Below are positions 14,911 through 28,849 of a stretch of 64,000 nucleotides of DNA, one piece after another. The stretch lies in assembly GCF_009914755.1 (NCBI RefSeq), contig NC_060929.1; one strand, written 5' to 3'. Below the pieces are notes generated by a model. The model ran no database searches and had not been told where the DNA came from. It saw only the letters and a list, made by a program, of their open reading frames with translations. The DNA comes from the human T2T-CHM13v2.0 reference genome, Homo sapiens. Each line of letters begins with the position of its first letter. The first letter of the stretch is position 1. The position numbers and the translations under genes are program-made.

Positions 14911-16612
14911 CTCAAGGAAATAACCTAAATGACTAGGGCAGTGACAGTTCACCTCTCTCTCTTCATATTGCTCTCAATTTCATGATCTTCTTCTCCCCGC
15001 AACCCCATGATTTATAGAAGCCAAATTACGTTCTCTGATTTATAGCTGTTGTAACTTTGGAATACATTTAAGAACATGGAATTAGTTGTCTTTTGTTAGA
15101 TCCACATACAGAAGTCACAGAAATGTTTTCATCATTTTGAATTTTACTGTTCATTCTGGCAAAGTGAAAATGTATACCAAAACACTATTTTAAACCACCT
15201 ATCCCCTGGGTTAGAAATTATAAGTTAGTGTAGCCCAGTGAAGTATAATTAAATGTTGCCATTCTCCCATTTATTTAACTTCCTTCCCTCCATATTTGAA
15301 GTAATTTTCGCTTGGTGCCAACTCCAGTCATTCTCCAGATGCCTGTGATTTCTTCCAGATTTTCAACACACAGTGGCTAAAGATAATATAGAATTATTTT
15401 TTAAGTAATTTGTGATTAAATGTAAATTTAGTAATTTTATGTTGGGACATGTGATCTCCTTGACATTTTCTCCAAAACACAGAATTTAAGCACTAGAAAT
15501 GATTTTAGGACATCTAGTTAAACCATTACCACTTCACTGTTATGACAGTGAGGCCTGGAGACATTAAATGTTTTGCCCAAAGTTACCAACATGTTGTTGG
15601 CAGAAAAATCTGGAACATATGGCCTCATCTATTGTCTAAATTTTTTCTACTAGTGCACAGTGCCTTTTCAATTGCTTTTTATTTGATAATAGTGACAATC
15701 ATAAATAGGGGATTTAATCAATACTCTTTTAAAAAAAAAAGTCACAGAAAGAAAGCAATTGTATTGAAAACCCCTTTCTAGTTTTTCCAGTAGGTTACAT
15801 TAAATGGCCCCAAAAAGTAATTTATGGGCTAAAATGAATGTCTTCAGAAGGCTAACATAAAAGATGACCAACAGGGGGAAACCTGAAACAGCCTTTTAGG
15901 TAATTTGCTTAACTTCTAGCCCTTTTAAAAAAATTACTCAAGCTCATGTTAGAGCCAACAAAAAACATCTGTTGTTTTATTTATAGCCACAATTTCTAAG
16001 AAGCATATTCTATAGCAGATGAAAAAGTAGTTGACAGCTTATAATTCATAAAGTTACTGAGGCCTAATCTGATAGAACAAAATGTACAAACTCCCTCCCG
16101 TGGTTCAGACCCTATCCCTTCCCTTTCTGCTGAAGACAGAAATGGTGCAACAGAGGAGTGGAGCATAGGTTATTACGGTTGTTAAGGAAGAGGCGACTCT
16201 GAGATGATAATGCAGAAAGGAGTACCCCGCAGTGATAAATGATTGCTTTCACCTCTGGGCCATCCACCAGCCTGAGTCACTGCTACTTTTTCATTAACAT
16301 TGTATGGACTTTCATTATAGGAAGCCAACATTTTGCTGTGTTCAATCTACAGATTGTTAACAGCGTATTTCCATCAGGAATCTAAAGTGTTAATTAAAAC
16401 GACTGATTGAATAGTTCCCTCTCTGAGGGAAGCTTTTAGTTTGCCCCTTCCTTTCACCAGTTAGCTCTAGTCTATATTGACATAACTTTCTCCCTGCTGA
16501 CTCTTAAGCAATTATTAGAATTCACTCATTACTCAAATATCACCTCTCTGTATCTGTTGGCTTATTTCTGAGAATCTTTTTGAGAACATGACCAGGCTTC
16601 TTTCTATAATTT

Positions 16613-16613
<1 letters not shown>

Positions 16614-16646
<33 letters not shown>

Positions 16647-17584
16647 GCACACACACACATACACTACATATATATGTATGTAGAATACATATATATATCT
16701 ATATATGTACATATATATCTATATGTATACATATATCTATATATGTATACATATAGATACATAGATATATAGATACATATCTATATAATGTATACATGTA
16801 TACACATGTACCTACATGTATACACATGTAGATGCATGTATACACATGTATACACATGTAGATGCATGTATACACATGTATACACATGTATCTGCATGTA
16901 TACACATGTAGATACATGTAGATGCATGTATACATATATACATGTAGATGCATGTAGATACATGTATACATATATACATGTAGATGCATGTAGATACATG
17001 TATACATATATACATGTAGATGCATGTAGATACATGTATACATATATACATGTAGATGCATGTAGATACATGTATACATATATACATGTAGATGCATGTA
17101 GATACATGTGTACATATATACATGTAGATGCATGTAGATACATGTGTACATATATACATGTAGATGCATGTAGATACATGTATACATGTAGATACATGTA
17201 GATACATGTATACATGTAGATACATGTAGATACATGTATACATATATACATGTAGATACATGTAGATACATGTATACATATATACATGTAGATACATGTA
17301 TACATATATACATGTAGATACATGTATACATATATACATGTAGATACATGTAGATACATGTATACATATATACATGTAGATACATGTAGATACATGTATA
17401 CATATATACATGTAGATACATGTATATAGATACATACATAGATATATAGATACATAGATACATATATTTATATATGTACATATATCTACATATATATCTA
17501 TATATACATATATCTACATATATATCTATATATATATATCTACATATATATCTATATATGTAGAAATATATATATATTCTACAT
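16614..17584. repeat. Compound micro/minisatellite: (TA)n(CA)n plus TACATGTA-based array with 36-bp higher-order unit
   Basis: Unit GATACATGTA-TACATATA-TACATGTA-GATGCATGTA; produces the 12-aa periodic ORFs in the track. Confidence 0.97.
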
Positions 17585-18734
17585 TTTAGTTCTGCTATAT
17601 CTATAGGGCCTTCTGTATATCACAGTTTTGTGTGTTGTTGTTTTTTTTAAGTGCATTGGTTTGGCACAAATAACTATAGTACTATTTATTATCCTGAGCT
17701 TTTTTGAGAATGTAGTGATAGGGTTCAACATCTGCCCAAATTGACCCATCTAAAATTATAATTCTAAAACCATAACCAGAAGAAGCCCATTAATTTCTTT
17801 AGTAGAGAGGTGAGTAGCCTCTTGTTTATTTCACTACTGATCATAGTCTATTGTGAGATATGAAGATGTATTAGCCCACCAGAATTAATCACCTTTGTCT
17901 GAAGTAGTGAAAGTATATTGCTTCATTTTGTTAAACTCTGATTCCTTACACAATTGTTAAGGATTGTGTTTACTTTTATCTCAAAATTGTTACCTTTTAA
18001 TATATATAGTCTTATATCAGTGATCTTTTCAAACTTTTAAAATGAAGTCTGAATAAATATTATTTTCTTATGCATTTCTTCTGCACCAGCTGATAGGGAA
18101 TTTTCTGTACAATGTTTTCAGGCCTCTTGCCTTTCTTGCCTTTATTTTTCTCTGCAATTCCACACACAGGTCATTGCTTTCCCTTCCTCTCCCTTTTTGA
18201 TCATGGATGCTTCAACTCCCTTCATATATTTGTTAAGCATATTTTACTAAGATTTCATTTTGTGATGCTTGCAAATATACATTACAAAATATATATTTTT
18301 AAAAAGTGATTTGAAGGGCCCTCTGTCCATCTGATGATTAACTAGAAGAGTCTTTTGTACCTTGCTAAAAGTGATAAGTTAGCCAGCTATATTTAGCTGG
18401 ATAAAACCCATTACATCCTTGGGGAAGAATGTGCTTTGTTTAGCTTTATGAGAAAATATTTAATAAATGCTGTCTTGAAAATATTTAGCCTGGCTGAGTG
18501 AGCTGGCAAGGCTTCAATACTGATAAAGCAGAGGTGATGGTGAAAAGCTGGCCTGCCAGTCCAAGCTCAAGTTAAAAAAATGCACCTCTTGTCACTAAGG
18601 GTTGCAACTGTCGCCAAGTGCTTGTCCATCAGTGTCACGTAAAGATTTTTTAACCTCACATATGGCATCATGCAGTTTGTCTGCCTAAAAAGGCAACCTA
18701 GATTCACAGAGTGGTTACAATTGGCTTTGAAGTC

Positions 18735-18930
18735 CCATCTGTTCTGTAAAATCCTAGCTTTATTTCTTACTGCTGGTATGACTTTAGGTAACTTGTTTAA
18801 TTTTTCTTAATCTCAGTTTTCTCATCTGTAAAATGGGGACAGTGATAATTTCTTAGAGCGTTGTACAGATTAAATGAGATTAAACGCTGAGCAGAGTTTC
18901 TTACACTAAGTGTTCACTACATGGGAATTA
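18735..18930 (+). mobile_element. MIR
   Basis: CTCAGTTTTCTCATCTGTAAAATGGGGAC...GATTAAATGAGAT core. Confidence 0.75.
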
Positions 18931-19399
18931 ATCAGCAGTAGTAGTGATTTGTAATCAGCCTAACATTTTCTGTCCCTCCCTAACTCCTCCCACCCCACAG
19001 GAGATACAAAGAGCAAAGTCCTCTTGAATGTGGCGAGGTAGGAAAGGCTCTGGCATGGGCATCAGGAGGCCTGGGTCCTCGGCTTGAACTTCCTGTGGGA
19101 CCTTGGGCAAGTTGTGGCTCACATAATCCCTCCCCACTCATCAGTACACAGTGCACAGGGCAGCAGAGCTCCTGGCTGCTAGTCTCTCTTTTGATACCTA
19201 ATTCGTTGTTGTATCAGACCAAATTTGATATGATAGCTAGACCCTCCGGTCCGTCAGTATCATTTGGGGTCTGGTGTAAGATCAGCCTGTGAAACTCAGG
19301 CATGTAGGCAACAAGTTATCAGTAAGAAGGTCAATCATTGGGATTCTGTCTCCCACAATGGTCTGGATTTTCTCTCTGTGGCTGGTGGGCTCAGCCCCA

Positions 19400-19548
19400 A
19401 TCCTTGCTACTCAAAGTGTGATTGTGGTCCGAGGACTGGCAGCATGGGCATCACCTGGGAGCCTGTTGGAAATGCAGAATCCCAGACTGTACCCCGACCT
19501 CCTGAATCAGGCTGTTAATATGTACATTAAAGTTGGGGAACCACTGCC
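19400..19548 (+). mobile_element. MER5A-like hAT-Charlie MITE
   Basis: CTACTCAAAGTGTG...GCATCACCTGGGAGCCTGTTGGAAATGCAGAAT...AACCACTG. Confidence 0.75.
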
Positions 19549-19680
19549 TCAAACTTACTGCCCTTGGGAATATTCTGACACGCAGAGGGTATTTATTTAC
19601 TAAATACTTACAGAATTTGTGTTTGACATTGACATTTTCTAGACAAGGTTCCATTCCTCTCTTTGGGTGTAGTGTACTGA

Positions 19681-20027
19681 TGTGTTAGGTCAGGGTTACC
19701 ATCAGACTGGTGTTTATGTCTGTACCACCATAGACATTTAGAAATCTATTTCTCACAGGGTGCCAGTGTGGTTGGGTTCTGGTGAGGGCCTTCTCCCTAG
19801 CCTCCAGGCTGCCACCTTGTCACTGTGATCTCACATGGGAAGGGTGGGGAGAAAGGTCTCTGGTGCTGCTTCTTATAAAGGCACTAATCCCATCGTGAGA
19901 GCACTTGCCCTCATGACTTCCTGTAAACTCAGCTGCCTCCCAAAGGCCCATCTCCAAATATTATCACATTGAGGGTCAGGGCGTCAACATGAATCTGGGG
20001 GGAAGGGACACAATTCAGTCTGTAGCA
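19681..20027 (-). mobile_element. MaLR solo LTR (MLT1A-like)
   Basis: TG...CA ends; GGTTCTGGTGAGGGC, CTTCTTATAAAGGCACTAATCCCAT, GGGACACAATTCAGTC motifs. Confidence 0.8.
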
Positions 20028-22369
20028 ACTGACTTCCACATCTGACTTTAAAATGCATCTTTAAAAAAAATGTGCTGGCAGATAAATATGTAAATAAAGC
20101 AAATATGAAAATGTTAATCGTAGAATCTAGGTGAAAGATAATGTGGGCGTTCACTAAACAATTCTTTCAACTTTTCAGGATATTTAAAAATGTCAGAGAA
20201 AAAACCCCCTACTCTCTATAGTTATTTAAAAGGAATCTGGTGCTGCTTTTTTCTCCTTATTTCCATCCAGGCTTTCTTAAGAGTGCTTGTTCGGTCTGGC
20301 TGGACAAACTTGCCTTTTTGGCAGTTTCTCTCTCTCTACCCACTCACTTTCTCCTTGGTCAGCCAGTGGCCTGCTTCTGCACTGTCAGTGAGGTCCCAGC
20401 CTGGATCCAAAGCTTCTTTCTGGTCTCTAGTCTGCCAGTAGCATCTTTCTGTCCAGTTCCTCTCCATCCCCCTGCCCTCTCCTAATACTAATCAGGGGAT
20501 CCTTCAATTGCTTGTGACATCGCAGCTTCTCAAGTTACATTTTACAACTCTGCTTTATTATTTTTAAGCATTTCTAACATGACATTTTATAAGTTTGACT
20601 CTGAAATTTATCATCACATGTAAGTAGGAAAGAAGTGTCTCCACAAGTTTGCCCTCAGCCAGAGATAGTGTGGTTCATCTGGAATGCCCCTGCCTTTCTC
20701 TGGTTATTAATAGGGGCTCCTATTGCTTTTCCATTTACAGTGTTAATTATCTGCATTTCAAAGTAGTTCATAATGAGAGGGAATATATTAACTTGTTATT
20801 TGGGGAGGAAGTACAAAAACTGCTATTATCAAGATCATTTAACTTGAGCATAATCAGAAAGTATTAAGGTTATTCCCTTGTGGGATTGACCATCAGATAT
20901 CTGTGTGTTTCATAACACCCTTATTGCAGATACCTTTTAAAGAAGGGAGGCTTGCAGGAAGTGTTGGGAAACTTACTATAAGCTTCTTTCCTTGACTGGC
21001 ACTTGTATACTCTGGCGCAGGGAAGACAAGCCCAAACTAAATACATAGGCATTACTTAAGAGCTTTGTGACATTGGACAAATAGTTTCCTTGCCTTTAAA
21101 CTGGGGATAATAGAGACTATACACCTTTGAACTGCTATGAAAAATAAATGAAAATATTTCTGTAAAATACTTACTGTGGGAATGTGGCTCCTAGTTGATG
21201 TTCAGTACTAATCATTCATTCAGCAAACAGCCTACCGCCCACTGTGTGTCATGGCCTGTGATTTGTCTTTTTTCTTTTTGGGGGCTTCTGGGTCATACTT
21301 CGTATGAAATCTTTCTTAGCACACCGAAAGACCAACTTTCCTTATAAATCATTGGCTTCAAAAATCCTGTGGACTCAGGTATAAATTATTTTTCTGGTGA
21401 GGAGAGGAGGAAGTCCCTTTCTTCCCCATTTACATCCTGCCTAGCTATTTTAATTTGCTGTACACCGTAAATTGTAATCTTAGAATCAAACTCCAATTTA
21501 GGTGATAAGGATCACAATTAATTAGGCTAGCCTGTCAAAGATTAAATGTAATCTTGCATTTCAGTTACCTCCTAACTCTGAGGCTTTAGCTAAGCCCGTC
21601 AGAAACAAAGCTGTTAGGTCTGCTTAGGTTTAATAAGATCTTTGCCTGCTGTTTGTTTTCTATACCAGTCTGTTGTCTAGAAATAAAACGAATGGACAGA
21701 GGATCTCAAATCCCTTTCATTTGTTTTTAGCTGTGCAGCAGGAGAGATAAATGAGAGAAGATAAACTTAACGATATTAAAGACTAATTAGGATATCTGAG
21801 GAGATTTGCAAACTTCTAGTTTAAATCTGTCGGCAACTCTTTTAATTCCCTCCTGCTAGTTATCTCTGAAAATAATGTAGTTATGGCTGAAGATTTATTT
21901 CCACATCTACTCTTTGTACTCTCATTTTCAGTTGCGCATACTTTTTTTCTCCTTCTTCCTCCAAAAAAAAAAGCTCTTGTTTCGGCCACACTCAATATAA
22001 TTTAGCACACAGTCATTCCAACTTCATTTTGTCTTCACATTCAGAAAACTGAAGTCTAATATCTCAAATATATTAGTATTGTCCTTTTGGGGAAAGTATG
22101 ATAAATTGAAAATATTTTGGTTTTGACTTCTGAAGATTTTGAGTATTGTTTATATATACAAAGGCAAAATGCAAATATATACAAGGCAAAATGCAAATGT
22201 GCTTCCAGCTTGCTTCCTTAGAAAAGTATTGAGAACAGTCTAAGTATGATAATTTCTGGTCTTAAAACCTGCAATTGCAATCGGGTATTTCCATAATCTA
22301 AACAATAATAAAGATTACATGACTAATTCTAACAATAATAACTACCTATTAGTTTGTGCTTTCTACATA

Positions 22370-22560
22370 CTGGGCACGATGCCTGTCATGTTTATATATA
22401 TATATTATTTACTCCTTATTACTGCACATAATTACTCCCATTTTACAGATGAATAAATGGGATTCAAGTTAACTAACTTGCCCAAGACTACTGAATTCAG
22501 TAAGTGGCAAAGCAAGGATTAAAACCTAAGCCTCTTTGGCTTTAAAGCTCTGCTTCTAAT
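22370..22560 (-). mobile_element. MIR
   Basis: CCCATTTTACAGATGA...AACTTGCCCAAG...GTAAGTGGCA core. Confidence 0.7.
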
Positions 22561-25500
22561 CACTTTTTTACTACTGATTAAACAGATGTGTCCCAAAATT
22601 AAGGAAGTCATCGTTGTTTTTTTTGCTTTGTTTTTGCTTAGTCAAAGAGCACAGGCCATCATTTGTTGTAGTGTCGCCCGTAAAGCTTAATAAGTTTAAA
22701 GTTCAGGGTGTTAATCATTACAAGCATAAAGTATGAATATGCTTTAAAGGTTTATTTAAGAAAAGAATTGGGATTAGATTTGCCCACCAGAATATACATT
22801 TTTCACCTGAAGTCCTGAGAGAGATTCAGACAGAAACAGCTTTGACTCAGCAGCAGTTAGCAGACAAACATCTTGATATAATACTGATCCACACTTTGCA
22901 TATACACTTTCTTTTCTTTGTATTACATTTTTAGAGGTAAGTGGCAGTTTTTCACACACTTCCAAACTGCTTCCATCAGTAATGAAATATTTGGCTTGGG
23001 CAGCCTCTGGAGTCCCAGTGTTTCAGCTTAAACTTTCCAGTGGGCCCTGCCAGGCACTAACTTCAAAATATCTTTTTTTATGGTGAATGCCTCCAGAAGG
23101 TGCAACTGTGTGGTGGTTTCATTTTGCACTTCATAACGGTGTTGGCATCACTTAATGCAAAGAATGCCACTGTCTCCCACACACCGCTGGTGCCCAAGAA
23201 CTGTCGAGGCCTGTCCATGTTAGTGGTTTGGGAAGGGCTGAAGTTTGGAGAGAAGGCTCTTTTTCTATTCCATGTGATTGGCTGTCACCAGGGCAAAGGG
23301 GGAAAACTAGAACGAGTGGAAAATGCAGCATCGGATGTGTCATCAAATATTCTTCCTACAACCTGGGACACCTAGTTCATTGGTGTTCTGGTCAACATTG
23401 AAGGCTGAATCCTCCTTTCTTTTGAAATAATGCGTGTCTTGGATTCACTACTTTTAAACCTTTCTGCTGATCTTTATCCTTTTCTTCCTAAGCAATACTG
23501 ATTTCTTTCAATGAAAAATGATTTAGCTAGTGAAAAACTGGGATTGGGTTGTAGTAAAGGAATCAACAAATTTGCCCAGATTCTTAAGAGTGGAGTTGGT
23601 TCTCCACACTTATACACTGTGCTACAGCAAGCTTCACAACCAAAACCCATTACTTATTCAGGTATAAAAATCAAAAGCTGAACTGTAATGAGAATTTAAA
23701 TGTAAACTGTTGGAGGATGGTGCTCTGTTAATTTGTGTTTGCTCCATACCCCACCCTATATAATTGATAATATTTGCATCTTTTTGTTTTTAGTACTATT
23801 ATTTTTTGGTTTATCAAACTTTGTAACATGGTGCTTTATTGTGGACTTTTCAAAGAACACCTTGCCAAATTTGGTAATTCCTAGCAATTGTCATTTCCTG
23901 TTGGAATTTCTTAAAGTGGAATCTAATGGAAAAGTAATTCTTGACCTTGTGTATTTAGTAAAATTAAAGGCATAGTTGATTTTAGGATTGTCATAAAAAT
24001 TAATATTTTGTTTTAAAAGACTTTTTAGACTTTCAATGCTAATTGATCCTATTGTTGGAAGTAGATGATATAAACTTTAAAGCTTTTTGGGTAGAACTTT
24101 CACATTCACCATGTCTAAATATTTTAAAGAGGAAATGGATTGACTCGCAGACATTTTGTACTAAGGAATAGAAAATCTTTGAATTGCTATTTAAAAAAAA
24201 AAAAAATCCCTGTAAAATTTACCATTTTAAACTCCAGTTGCAAAATCCTGATCAGCTATGATGATTCATACATTTGAGCGATAAAGCTTTTTTCAATATT
24301 ACAAATTCAGTGGGGAGTCACTCAATACATTACAAAAAGAGTACTTACACTTCCTAGTACCCATGTGTATTTTTTTTTCTTTTTAAAGCAATCTGGTGTG
24401 CCTTTTGAGAAAAGTTCCAGTGTTCTCACAGATCCTGACTTGGTGTAGCACAGTGCTTTTCAGAAACTTGGTCCAACACCTGAATGAGTAATGTGTAAAA
24501 CATATAATGTTTTGTAGCTCAGGATACTGCAGGTAAACTAACACTTTTTGCCGAAAAAACATTGAAAAGACAAAGGAAAGCAAGGAAGTTTTGCTTTTTT
24601 AAAAAATTTTTTCAAGCTTAATGAAGAAAGAGCTGGAAATCCTTTTGTATGGAGCATTTGCCAGCCCAGCAATATAACAACTTTTGGGTGCATATTTCAA
24701 TCACAATTAGATGAAATCTTTAATTATCATTTAATTTGACTTTCATATTTGCCTGCAGAAATGATTGTGTTGATAAGACTCTGGAATGAGACAAACCTTT
24801 ATTAAGTAATTCCATTTTCAGAGCCAACATTAAAGTTTTTTTTAATTAAAAAAATGCCTGTGTAATTTATGAGAAAAGGGGAAGAGGAATTGGCATGTTG
24901 GTTGCATGAGAGTTGCATGGATATGTATTTACTATTTAATCTTTAGCTTTTTGAGATTTGGGGTGTGCTAAGTCTTGTTAGTTTGAGGGGCCTAAGGAGT
25001 GACACAATAATGGATCTTAATAAATAACACTTTTCTACATCATTTCTCTACCTTTATATTTCCCTTCTATTATATATGCTGACAGGATGATATTTCATTG
25101 TATTCAGTGTAGAAGGTGTTTGTGAGAGAGGATACTTTTGTGAGTTGATATTAAGGCAAAGGGAAGTGGTTTATAATTTATCAGAGGAAATGAAATGGTG
25201 TGCTCTTTCATTTTATAATATTTCTTTTAAAATTTTATAATGCTTTTAATTGGACTGTGAAACCTTTAAGACATTTGTATTTGAAGTGCTTTTCAGATAT
25301 ATTTACATTTTAACATACAGGGATTTGAGAGATGTCATTGCTGGATTTTTTCATAGGATCACCCACATGAATTTTCTTATCAAAAGAGTATGTCCTAAAG
25401 CTTATTTCTAACCCCAAACAGGTTACTAGCCCATTCCTGGATGTTCCGATTCTGAAGATTTAGGGTGGTACCTGGGAATCAGTATTTCTAGCACGTCCTC

Positions 25501-25844
25501 CAGGTGGTGCTTAGCTCTGGCAAGTGTGGGAGACACCAGAGAGAGGTGAAGTTCCCCCCCAGCCCTCTGCACAGTGACTGGAAAGTTAATGGCCAGTCGT
25601 TTGTGCTTCTATGAAACCTAAGATGTGTTACAGTGATGTTGCAGTAGGACAAAGTCACTCAGGAAATCGAGTGGTAAACATTGCAGGGCTTTGAGTTCAA
25701 ATATTGATTAGCTCTATGTTAAGATGCCTTGTCTTCAGGGATAGCTTTAGAGTGGGATCTCTAACACAAAGCTGACTCGGGAATCTTTCATCTGCCATTG
25801 ACAAAATTTGCCCTTGTGCAGGCAAGTAAGACTATACTCTCTAA

Positions 25845-26025
25845 TTTTATGGGCACTAGCCACCTATGGTTGTTTCCATTTAAATCAGTTAAAAAAAAAA
25901 TTCAGTTCTTCACTGGGAATGGCTGCATTTTACTCAATAACCGCTGTGGCTAGTCATTGCTTTATCAGAGAGCACAGCTGTAGAACATTTCCATCATCAC
26001 AGAAAGCTCTAATAGTGCTACTGTA
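25845..26025 (-). mobile_element. MER3-like hAT-Charlie MITE
   Basis: CACTAGCCAC...TGTGGCTAG...TAGAACATTTCCATCATCACAGAAAG. Confidence 0.75.
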
Positions 26026-26270
26026 GGATTTTCCCTCATAATATAGCTCTTCTCTTTTTATCCTGGGTAGTTGCAATGGCTAATAGAATTAGGTGGAAAG
26101 ATCATGCATCCATACTGCACATTGCATACTGAAATCTGAAAGAATGTTTTTGCAAAATGACTTAATCATACTTCTCTGAGATCAAAATTTAATAACATTA
26201 CTTTCATAACGTGAATTTGTTCTATGTTGACTTTTAGTACTTGAAATACAGGCTTAATTAAAAATTTGTT

Positions 26271-26584
26271 GGCCAGGTGCAGTGGCTCACACCTGTAATC
26301 CCAGCATTTTGAGAGATTGAGGTGGGTGGATTGCTTGAGTCCATGAGTTCGAGACCAGCCTGGGCAATATGGCAAAACCCCGTCTCTACTAAAAATATAC
26401 AAAAAATTAGCTGGGAGTGATGCTGTGCACTGTAGTCGCAGCTACTCAGGAGGCTGGGCGGGGAGGATCACATGAACTCAGGAAGTTGAGGCTGCAGCGA
26501 GCCATGATCACGCCACTACACTCCAGCCTGGGTGACAGAGCGAGACCCTGTCTCAAAAAAAAAAAAAAAAGAAAAAGAAAAAGG
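26271..26584 (+). mobile_element. AluJ-like, full length
   Basis: GGCCAGGTGCAGTGGCTCAC...A-tail; TSD AAATTTGTT at 26262-26270 and 26585-26593. Confidence 0.93.
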
Positions 26585-27695
26585 AAATTTGTTTACCATA
26601 GTATATGGCTTCTAATAAAGAGCTATACTGGTAAAATCTCACAGAAACAAAATTGCAAATATTTAGTCTTTCTCAGATTATTTAAATTATTCCTAGAAAA
26701 GACTGCAAGCAATGAGGCTAATAAACAGGTTGTACTTATATTTTCATAATGACTTTAATTTACCTTTATTTTGCAGTTTCACAAATTTAAGATGAATATA
26801 TTTAGCTCCCTCTTCTGGCATAATTTGAGAATTTTTTTGCTTACAATGGTCTTATTTATTTTTTTTGGACTGAGAATAAGGTTATCAATGTAATGTTGAA
26901 GAATGTTATTTATGAGTGTCATCCAGTTAGATTTTTTGGTATCATTGTAAATGGTTAAAACGCATGCAAAAAGTTTACGAAAACACCACATTTTAAAAAC
27001 TACTAACTGACCAAAAAATACATAAACAAAGGCTTTGACAAAGTTATACAGAAATTTATTTTGATATCAAGTGGGCAGTGATCATTCATATTGGCTTCTG
27101 GATCTGAGACTCAGCCCATACCTGGCATTTGTGAGGCTTGGGGCAAGAATGCAAAAAGAGGCCCAAGTACCCTGTGCCTAAGTATTTTTGTTATAAATCA
27201 TGTCAGCTGTTCAATAAAATCTGTCCCATCCTTTCTAGGCAGTTATTTCTTCCTAATGACCAGGAGGAGAGATCTGAATTCAGGTTCTTGGGCTCCTGAG
27301 AGTTCTGCCCTAGAGTGTGGTATTATGGGGAGAGCTGGATCCTGGTTCATCCCTGGCTTCTCCCTGCACATCCAAACTCCCATCCATCCTGCCACTCCCC
27401 CCACCTTTGGGGCCCAGGGGTGTACCTAGACAGGGGGGTTTGTCCTGGGGAGGGTGGACCTGGGGGAAAGGCCATAAGAGGCCATTTAGCAGGAAATCCT
27501 GGAGCATTACTCTGAGTAGACCCTAGGTGAGAAGCAGTGGGCATATCACTTTGGCCTGGAAAGTGCAAAAGCCCAGAGCAGGGGTTCTTCTTGCTCGGGC
27601 CTGATGTAATTAAATTATTTTGTACGTCCTTCATTGTGGTCTAATGCATTCAACTATCCAAATTAAATACAATGGTGGGATTTTGTTGTTTGCAG

Positions 27696-27788
27696 CTTTG
27701 ACTCTCCCGGATCTTGCAGAGCAGTTTGCCCCTCCTGACATTGCCCCGCCTCTTCTTATCAAGCTCGTGGAAGCCATTGAAAAGAAAG
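27696..27788 (+). CDS. PIK3R1: PIK3R1 exon 3 (93 bp), start of BH/RhoGAP domain
   Basis: tttgcag|CTTTGACT...AAGAAAG|gtaacc; reads (A)[30 protein letters not shown](G), as in p85alpha. Confidence 0.98.
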
Positions 27789-28105
27789 GTAACCAGACTG
27801 CTAGAGGGCATCAGTTCCTTTGTTCTACCCTTATTTCATGGCTCTTATTATTTGTCTCTTGTGCATTCATTAAGTAAATTTCCTACTACCAGCTATGTCC
27901 AGATACTCTGCTGGACACTCAAACTGTTTGGGGCTAAGTACTGGGAAAAATGTCTCGGTCTATAATTTCTAACTCTAGATTATCATGTAGTTTCCATATG
28001 GAAACTATTAAATTCTTCATAATTTAATAAATATGATTAACTTTCTTCTTAGAGGCCAGATGGTTTTGCCAAAATTATCAACATGCCAGGTAAGATTAAT
28101 AGTAG

Positions 28106-28399
<294 letters not shown>

Positions 28400-28849
28400 T
28401 GAATTTAATCTATGCAGTGTTCTAAATTTAAAGGGAACTCAAATCATGTACAGTTCTCCCTGCCCTGTTATGGTAACAGTGCAAACCTTTGAAATTTTTC
28501 TCCTGAGTTGGGCTGCAAGTGTGTGCACGCCTCCCTGCAGGCATGTTGGTCATCATCATAGCCATCAGGCCCTGGGTCCTGCAGAGGAGAGAAACCACCT
28601 CTTGGTGTTTCTCTCACTCTGTGTATCTACCATCTTTCCTTGACCCTGAATTTGGCTACATCTAATTCATCTGAATCAATTAAAAAATATTTTTAAGCCT
28701 ATGTCACTTAAGAAATGTCTCTTCTGACATCCTTTTTCTTTTATTACCTTTCCCTTCCATTTTCCTTTTCCGTTTCCCTTTCTTTCTGGCTTGCCTTCTT
28801 TCTTTTTTTGTGTTGAGTGCATTAAGTAACATCACGATATTGTTATGTT

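Noticed and set aside
16790-17420. CRISPR-like appearance of the 36-bp periodic array
   Set aside because: No unique spacers, no cas genes, human intronic context
16900-17420. p53 response elements from CATG cores at 10-bp spacing
   Set aside because: Flanks break RRRCWWGYYY at two to three positions per half-site
16699-17481. Long ORFs (260, 224, 207 and 137 aa) on both strands
   Set aside because: They arise from a stop-poor minisatellite; low-complexity periodic sequence with no splice or domain support
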